Assembly: GCA_000002435.2 (NCBI GenBank)
Contig: CM018793.1
Length of the DNA: 64,000 nt
Strand: one strand, 5' to 3'
DNA from: Giardia intestinalis
Lineage: Eukaryota
Numbering within the stretch: the stretch's first letter is position 1; the number at the start of each line of letters is the position of its first letter. Made by a program: the position numbers and the translations under genes. This document shows positions 23,439-30,500 of the stretch, piece by piece. The notes below the pieces were generated by a model that saw only the letters and a list, made by a program, of their open reading frames with translations, had not been told where the DNA came from and did no database searches.

Positions 23439-25772
23439 CTACTCTGAGAGGATGGCTAGTATCTCGCTATTGCCCTCGGCTATGTCCAAGAGCTTCCTCC
23501 TGTTTATGTTCTTCTCCTTCTCTGCGAGGAGTCTCACACACTCTATCTGGCTGCAGGATACTGCCCACATGAGGGCGGTCCATCCGTCACTATCCTGCAT
23601 CCCACCCTCCTTCTCCAAGAGCAGCGCGACGTGGGCAGAGTGACCTTCCTTTGCTGCAGCCATAAGAGCTGTCTGTCCATTGTTACTTCTCATACTTCCT
23701 TCCTTTTCTAGTAGGAGCTTAAAACAGTCTGTGCTACCATACCTTGCTGCAAGCATAAGGGCTGTTTCGCCATCCTCATTCCGCATCCCGCCCTCCTTCT
23801 CTAGCAATATTCTAGTGCAGCCTGCGTGGCCACTCTCTGCTGCCCTTATGAGGGCTGTCCATCCAAAAATATCCTGCATGCCTGCCTCTTCCTCTAGGAG
23901 CAGCTCCACTATCTCTGCGTGGCCACGTGCTGCTGCCAGCGTGAGGGCTGTCTCGCTACTATCACTCTTCATCCCGCCCTCCTTCTCTAGTAGGAGCCTG
24001 ACGCACTCTGGGTGGCCACTCTCTGCCGCCCCCATGAGGGCGGTCCGTCCAAACCCATCCTGTACCCCGCCCTCCCTCTTTAGCAATAGTCTAACACAGT
24101 CTCCGTGACCTCCCTCTGCTGCAAACACAAGGGCGGTCCGTCCATAGCTGTCTTGTACCCCGCCCTCCTTCTCCAAGAGTATGTCCACTATCTCTCCATG
24201 GCCCTCCTCTGCTGCCCGCATGAGGGCGGTATCGCCAGCAGCAAGTAAATACGTCATCACCCTCCGTTCCTCCAGCATACTCCGTTCCACGAGCCCTTTC
24301 GTGATCGCCATGTCCACTTTCATGCCCCCCTCTTTCTCCAGTAATAGCTTGACGCACTCTGGGTGGCCCCTCTCTGCCGCCCGCATGAGGGCGGTCCATC
24401 CGTCACGATCCTTCATCCCCGCCTCCTGAAGGCTACTCCTCACTGCATCAGCATCTCCAATGTAAGCAGCATACATAAGGCTCGTCCAGCCCGAGGCAGC
24501 ACGCTCACGGTCGTTTCCCACCAGTAGCTTAACACAGTCTTGCTTGTCATTCTGCTCTGCTGTCACGAGGGCTGTCACCCCATCACTAGTCTGCATCCCG
24601 CCCTCCCTCTCCAGGAGCAGCGCGACACATTCTCTGTGGCCTTCTTTTGCTGCAAGCACGAGGGCAGTCTGGCCGTCACTATCCTTCATGCCCGCCTCCT
24701 TCTCCACGAGCAGCTCCACTATCTCTGCGTGGCCTTCCTCTGCCGTCCTTATGAGAGCGGTCTCGCCATACCTATCCCGCATCCCGCCCTCCTTCTTTAC
24801 TAGTAGTCTAACACAATCTGAATGGTTTCTCTCTGCTGCCAGCATGAGGGCGGTTTCGCCATCCTCATTCTGCACGCCTCCCTCCTTCTCCAGGAGCAGC
24901 TCCACTATCTCTGCGTGGCCACGGACTGCTGCCCTCATAAGGGCTGTTCCCTCGCTGATGGCCCAGCAGCCCATCGCGACATCCCCCGTCGCCTTCTGTC
25001 CCCCCTGGAGAGGAAGGAGGGCCTTCACAGTATCTACATCATTTCTGTCAACAGCTCGCATGAGGGCAGTGACGCCATTCTCATCTGTGGGATCGAGGAG
25101 CTCCACGACGTCCTTGTGCCTCGCTCTGGCAGCAATCATCAGTGCGGTATTGCCGTCATTGTTCCTCTTGTCCTTGTCTGAGAGGTGTTCCTTGACTGTT
25201 GTGACGTCCCCCGTGAAGGACGCGCACATGAGAGGGGTCCACGAGGGGGCCTCATGCTCGCGAAGAAGCAGAGCTATGTCTGTGTGCTTGTTCCTGAGGG
25301 CGTGCACGAAGGCCGTGTTACCGTCCTTGTCCTTCAGCCCCTTCTCATGGTCAAGAAGGAGCTTTACTACTTCAAGGCTCCCCTGCTGTGCGGCGATCAT
25401 CAGGGCGGTGCGACCGTTATTGTCTTCTTTTCTATGCTCATGAGGGACGAGGATCCTAGCTGCCTCGGGATGGTTCCTATGTGCGGCGTGCATGAGCGCG
25501 GTCCAGCCGTTCTTGTCCCTGAGACCCTTCTCCTTCTCAACAAGCAGCTCAACGGGGCCAGTGTGCCCCTGCTGGGCTGCATGCATGAGGGCTGTCATTC
25601 CCTGCTTATCACGCTGGCCGGTGACTCCCTCTTCAAGTAGCACCCGGACGGTCTCTGTGTCATTCGTGTGTGCAGCACGGACCAGCTTGGGTAGCAGGTG
25701 AGCCTCAGGTTGAAGGGTAATCGTAGCTGCTGCGCCACTGAGTTGCATAACCTGACCTTCTCGTGCCTGCAT
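23439..25772 (-). CDS. Ankyrin-repeat protein with about 23 tandem 33-aa ANK units (Giardia 21.1-like); probably the C-terminal part of a NEK-kinase/ankyrin gene, see findings
   Basis: The 777-aa ORF repeats the motif DxxGxTALMxAAxxGHxExVxLLLEKEGGM throughout. It starts with ATG at 25772 and stops with TAG at 23439-23441. An AGTAAAC motif on the coding strand lies at about 23425-23431, just after the stop. Confidence 0.85.
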   Translation of the reverse strand: MQAREGQVMQLSGAAATITLQPEAHLLPKLVRAAHTNDTETVRVLLEEGVTGQRDKQGMTALMHAAQQGHTGPVELLVEKEKGLRDKNGWTALMHAAHRNHPEAARILVPHEHRKEDNNGRTALMIAAQQGSLEVVKLLLDHEKGLKDKDGNTAFVHALRNKHTDIALLLREHEAPSWTPLMCASFTGDVTTVKEHLSDKDKRNNDGNTALMIAARARHKDVVELLDPTDENGVTALMRAVDRNDVDTVKALLPLQGGQKATGDVAMGCWAISEGTALMRAAVRGHAEIVELLLEKEGGVQNEDGETALMLAAERNHSDCVRLLVKKEGGMRDRYGETALIRTAEEGHAEIVELLVEKEAGMKDSDGQTALVLAAKEGHRECVALLLEREGGMQTSDGVTALVTAEQNDKQDCVKLLVGNDRERAASGWTSLMYAAYIGDADAVRSSLQEAGMKDRDGWTALMRAAERGHPECVKLLLEKEGGMKVDMAITKGLVERSMLEERRVMTYLLAAGDTALMRAAEEGHGEIVDILLEKEGGVQDSYGRTALVFAAEGGHGDCVRLLLKREGGVQDGFGRTALMGAAESGHPECVRLLLEKEGGMKSDSSETALTLAAARGHAEIVELLLEEEAGMQDIFGWTALIRAAESGHAGCTRILLEKEGGMRNEDGETALMLAARYGSTDCFKLLLEKEGSMRSNNGQTALMAAAKEGHSAHVALLLEKEGGMQDSDGWTALMWAVSCSQIECVRLLAEKEKNINRRKLLDIAEGNSEILAILSE
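23480..25650. repeat. DNA-level homogenised tandem repeats of about 99 bp (ankyrin-coding units)
   Basis: Identical stretches of 23-30 nt recur in different units. CATGAGGGCGGTCCATCCGTCAC occurs at 23568 and 24383. GAGCAGCTCCACTATCTCTGCGTGGCC occurs at about 23898, 24708 and 24896 (plus-strand reading). Confidence 0.7.
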
Positions 25773-26887
25773 TGTGGATAAGTATTTTTTGTCCGGCCTT
25801 CAAGAGCGTCAATCCCAGGGGTCTTGAGTCGAGGCTCCTGTCCTAGGGAGCTGGTCTTGCTTGGCCTGTTCTCGAGGGCTGCCTCAAGAGCAGTGACCTT
25901 ATCCGACTCGACCTTGAGCTCGTCCTTCAGAAGCACGATATTAGCATTAGCGCCATTCAGCGCAGCCTCCAAAACGCTGCACTTGTCCTCTAGTGCCACA
26001 CACCGATGTCCCAGCTCACTAACTGGGATGTCGAATGTGGCGAGCGTCTCGTGCAGCTCCCTGGCTGTCGGCCTCCTCTCTGGCTCCAGCACGAATATCC
26101 GCTCCAGAACACTCTTTATGAAGCCGTCGGTGACACCGCTCAGGTCCGGCCTCCACCCGTCGACGAAGACGTCTTTTGGGTCTTTACCTTCTAGGAAGTC
26201 CGGTCTCCTCAGAGTTACTAATTCATAAATGATGACCCCGAGGCTCCATACGTCGGAGGCGGGGCTGGCCTCGTTGTGGAGGAGCACCTCGGGGGCCACG
26301 TATACTGCCGTGCTTACAATGGTGCTCCCGCATCTCAGGGCGTCCTTGCAGAGGCCGAGGCCAGCGATGACGAAGTACTCACCATCTGCGCTGATGAGGA
26401 CGTTGGCAGGCCTGAGGTCGCGGTGGACAAATCCATTAACACTTACCCCATTGACGCCGTGGAGGTAGGCGAGGGCGGCAGCGATCTGCCTCAGGACGGA
26501 GAGGACCACGCCGGCAGACATGGGGATCTTCCTTCGCTTGTGCTCAGTGAGGAGGCGCTCGAGGGTCTTGTCGTGGCGATTCATGACGACGTAGATGAGG
26601 CCCTCGCCTTCGACTACTTGATGGTGCTTGAGAACCCCCGGGTTGGAGAGGTCAAGAAGAGCGGCCAGCTCGAGCCTGATGGCGCCTAAATCCCTCTTAT
26701 CCGGGCCATCGAGGAGGATCTCCTTCACAGCGAGGCTCGGATGGCCCCTAAGGGAGTAGACTGTCCCCATGGTGCTTTCATTAAGCACACTGCCCAACCG
26801 CCTGTGGAGCTTCTTACGAGTGAATTGTGGGATGGCGGGGGCTGCTGCAGGGGGGCTGGCTGCCGTCGGCCATGAAGTTTGTTTCAA
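25595..26887 (-). CDS. NEK-like Ser/Thr protein kinase domain plus coiled coil, with degenerate catalytic motifs (probable pseudokinase); the frame is disrupted at both ends
   Basis: The kinase fold is recognisable from VAIK-like SLAVKEI, HRDLRPANVL, APE (VAPEVL) and DVWSLGVIIYEL. The motifs are degenerate. The Gly loop reads LGSVLNESTMGTVY, the HRDLKPxN lysine is replaced by Arg, and DFG is replaced by GLG (VIAGLGLCK). A heptad-like coiled coil follows the kinase (LEDKCSVLEAALNGANANIVLLKDELKVESDKVTALEAALEN). The annotated start is TTG. The nearest A/T-rich initiator plus ATG (minus-strand 26873) is out of frame by one base across a G6 run (26850-26855). The 3' end runs 177 nt into the ankyrin ORF in a different frame. 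Confidence 0.7.
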   Translation of the reverse strand: MKQTSWPTAASPPAAAPAIPQFTRKKLHRRLGSVLNESTMGTVYSLRGHPSLAVKEILLDGPDKRDLGAIRLELAALLDLSNPGVLKHHQVVEGEGLIYVVMNRHDKTLERLLTEHKRRKIPMSAGVVLSVLRQIAAALAYLHGVNGVSVNGFVHRDLRPANVLISADGEYFVIAGLGLCKDALRCGSTIVSTAVYVAPEVLLHNEASPASDVWSLGVIIYELVTLRRPDFLEGKDPKDVFVDGWRPDLSGVTDGFIKSVLERIFVLEPERRPTARELHETLATFDIPVSELGHRCVALEDKCSVLEAALNGANANIVLLKDELKVESDKVTALEAALENRPSKTSSLGQEPRLKTPGIDALEGRTKNTYPQCRHEKVRLCNSVAQQLRLPFNLRLTCYPSWSVLHTRMTQRPSGCYLKRESPASVISRE

Positions 26888-27548
26888 AAATCGTTCACTC
26901 TGCCCACTAGTACTTGCAAGGCTATGTTATAGGGCCCTCTGCGGGTGTAGTCGAGGCGCACACAAGCATGGCTGCCTCTTCAGAGACAGGGGTGTCGCCC
27001 TTCAAGGCCGGGGTTCTTCATCAATGCTCCACACTGGCGTCAGCATGCTGCTGGAATCTCTGGGCTGTTCCTGTCCAGTCGATGCGTGCGTGCCAGAACG
27101 CTTGGTTTCCATCCTTTCCGCCGCGCTAGAGTCACGCTGGCCTTGATCGGCCGCTCTCTCCTCAATTGGTCTCATCTGCTTGGCAAGGACCACAGAGGTT
27201 GGCTGGAAGCGTCGCTTGGAAGGAATCGAGTGGCCGGCTCTCGAGCGTCACCCGACGAGCTTCGTTGGGCATTCGTTTCCGAGCCGGCAACATTGACGGC
27301 CGCAGAGCTCCTGGGCGTTCCTCGATCAGGGATGGGCCGAGCTGCTCGGTTCGTGGCCTCTTGTCCATTCCTCGTTATCGGGCACAGTTAGCCACCAAGC
27401 GGTCTACATATGCTGTTCGAGCCACACCTACAACAAGCCAGCGGCACAGCGCTAGAGCAGCCGTTAAGTCGAGCGAATCACCCCAAGCAGATGCTCAGAT
27501 CTGTCCCGCGCTCAGAGGTCAGTGTCCCTCCACCTCTTGCCCATTATT

Positions 27549-30500
27549 TCATTGGGGTCCTGCACTCCGTCCAAGGGGCTGCTGCGCCGCGCGAAGCTTC
27601 ATGGCCCGAACCGTCCACGAGTCCCCCTTCCGCTCAAGCAGGCGACCCGTGAGGCCTGTGGCTTTGAGGAGGGTTCCAGGATCGCCCTGGGACGTAGGCG
27701 CAATGACTGGCCGCCGCGATGCCAGAAGCTGGCGGGTCACACCGAGCAGGTCCGCCTCTTCCACACTGTTACCCAGCGTCCCTGTCTGCTGCATGCTTTG
27801 AAGAATGACTGTGTCTACGCGATCCCCTGCAGAGCTCTCCGGCGCATATGTCCACGGGTATGCGCACGCAGGCGGGGCCTCAAGACGCATAGGTGGAGGG
27901 GGGTCCTGGAAGACTTGACTGGGCACTTCTTCGAGGTCTTCGATGGACAGCCTGGCTGTGTCTGCCAGTCCACTCTCTGAGGACTTTTGCCCGGAGCGTG
28001 CGGTAAGAGGCACGCCGAAAAGAGAGTCCCATCCCTTCGGAGGCGGGTCAAGATTGACTCTCTGAACAATGCCGAGGAGCTGGGCCCCGTCCAAGCCCCA
28101 CAGAGCTACTCGTTTGTCCCCGCCTATCGAAATGTATGCCTGGCTGTTGGAAGCAGCCGGAGAAAGCAGGCTAATGGGGGCGGCGTGAGCACGGTGGACG
28201 TACCGTACCCGGAGATACGAAGACGGAACGATTGGCGACGTCTTCCCAGAGCTCGGGGTATGAAGAAGACCCTTAGGGAGCTGCTGCGTGTCGAGACTGC
28301 GTGTGATCCCCAGAGCAGCTATCAGATTCTGAATCTTGTAGAGGGTCACAAAGCCTGCGTCGTCCCCGACCAGGATAGAGTGGGCGCCGTCCACAAAGCA
28401 GACAGCTGTCGGCATGGTGCGAGCAGAGAGAGCAAGAACGGACTCCTTCCGGACTGGCACTCTCACCTTGGTTCTGTCCCTGAAGACGTATTGATAGAGA
28501 ATGCCGTTTTCCTCTGCTTCCACGTCCTCCATCCCGGGCCGCGTCACAGCGGACCCCATCATGGTGCCATAAAGAGACGCATGGGCGTCTGCGTATTGCG
28601 CAGCCGCCGGACTCTCCACGTCAACGCCGGACGTCTTAAAGCGCGACTTAGAAAAGTCCTCGATCACCTTGCTGGACTTGTCGGAGAGCTTCACCGCTCC
28701 CTGAGGCACTTTGCGGCGAGAGGCGGCCTGCCTTGGCTGACTGGTGCCCAGCGGAACAGGAAGGAAGTCAACGTAGACCCTCCGAGGAGCAGCTAAGAAG
28801 CGCGTGAAGTAGAAAGAAACAAGCATTATCACCTGAGCAGCAGCCCGAATCTTCATAAGCGTTCTGCGCCGACGGGCTTGAAGGCCTCGGAAGTTCTGGG
28901 AAATGGGGACGTATCGGCGAAGGAGTGCCATTGTTGCAGAGACAATCTCTTGGTAAGACGGACCCGGCATTCTGGTGTGCGCACGCTCTGACCTTTCTTC
29001 CAAGTCGTCCTGTACACCGACGGTCTCCTGCTGGAGATGGCACAGAGATTGGCCTTCTTCAGTAGCCGCTGTGGATTCTTGGACCGTGATGTACGCATAG
29101 CGGTTGGAAACAGTATGCCTCTCAAACATCGATGGAGGCTGGACTGTTCCGGAAGCGGCCTCTCCCTCCCTATCGGTTGTCATCGAGGCGTCCATGGAGG
29201 GCGTTGCAGTCGACGCCTGGAGGTCTCCGACTCGCGCCCCGTAGGCCGTTTTCGTGGAAAGCAGACGATTGGCACGGAACTCCCCGTCAATCGACCGCAG
29301 AGCCTCGTCCCCGGGCACAGGGCCCTTACGTTCGGGGCAGTACTTTGTGTGGAGGAGATCTGGAGAAAAGTTTTCTATCAGGTAGCGAACCACGTCCTCG
29401 TATCTACTCCCATACAACTGGACGTCTGAATTGAAATCAGAGAGGGGCAGAAGGGCGTGCTTCAAGAATCCAGCTGTCTGGACCCAGCCGGCCTGAAAGT
29501 CTGCATTCAGTGGATAGCCCAGGGGATGGTAGCTTCCGTGGTAAAAGGCGCAGACGAGCGAAAAGTTCGGGTACAGCGGGCGGACCGCGTGGATGTAGCA
29601 GATGCCAGAGGCCGACGCCGAAAACAGAAGGGGCCACTGTCCCAGGAAGCAGAGGGCCGTTATGGGGGAGCCAACAGACGGGATTGTCGGGGGCTGGATC
29701 ACCCCCTGCTGCAGCAGCTTGACAGACATCGTGTCGTGGACGAGAATCCGGCCGTCAGAGGTGCCTATGGCCAGCAGAGACAGCTCCTCCGAGGCGTCAA
29801 TGCACGTCACGTACGAGTCACTTCGAGCCTTCTTTGCATGCCCGGTGTAGAGAACGTCGCAGAGCAGTTTCTGGATCGGAGACGGCGCCTGATTCGGCTG
29901 TCCTGCTGAAGAGACATCTCGGGCCCACAGGAACTCGGGGCAAAAGCGTCTTACAACCTCCGGCTTTGAAGAGAGGTCGTCTGCGCCTACAAACACGGGC
30001 TTCGACGAAAAGAACGCCGTGAGCTGCTGCCGTGCCCTTGCAAAGTGGTCTGCTCCTCCTGCAAAAAAGATGTCGAAGGTCGTCAGCTGCCTCGACAGCC
30101 CTATCTTGTTCACGTACTCGTGGCTCGGCTTCATGTCTATGGCGCGCACAATTTGCGGGTTGAGGTTGTCGCAGAGGAAGAGAAGGCCGCGCGCTCTGTC
30201 GGTGGCCAAGATTTGTGCGCGCATTATCGACTTGTCGGAAAGCAGCTGTCTCACAAAGGCTGCGTTGTTGGCCTTGACGATGATCTGAGACAGATTGAGC
30301 CCCAGGCTGTACGAGGAAGCTCCGGACGACATGTGCGAGTCGGCCCCTGCAGAAGGCTCCCTCTGTGCGTCGCCCAGTCTTTGGCCATCAAACGGGTTGT
30401 CGACGATGTCAATGTCGTCTTCGCATGTCCTCCGGCCGGTAATCCCAACGTTGGATATGTCGAAGAGAGAGCCGGTCTTCCAGTAAAGTGTCACTGCACC

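Noticed and set aside
24544-25443. 299-aa Ser-rich plus-strand ORF and other plus-strand ORFs across 23413-25701
   Set aside because: They are antisense to the ankyrin array and are repeat-driven low-complexity artefacts.
25595-25772. ATGA overlap (kinase stop TGA overlapping ankyrin Met59 ATG at 25595-25598) as evidence of translational coupling of two real genes
   Set aside because: That mechanism is prokaryotic. The overlap is better explained by a single-base frameshift in the A6 run fusing the two ORFs into the canonical NEK-ankyrin architecture.
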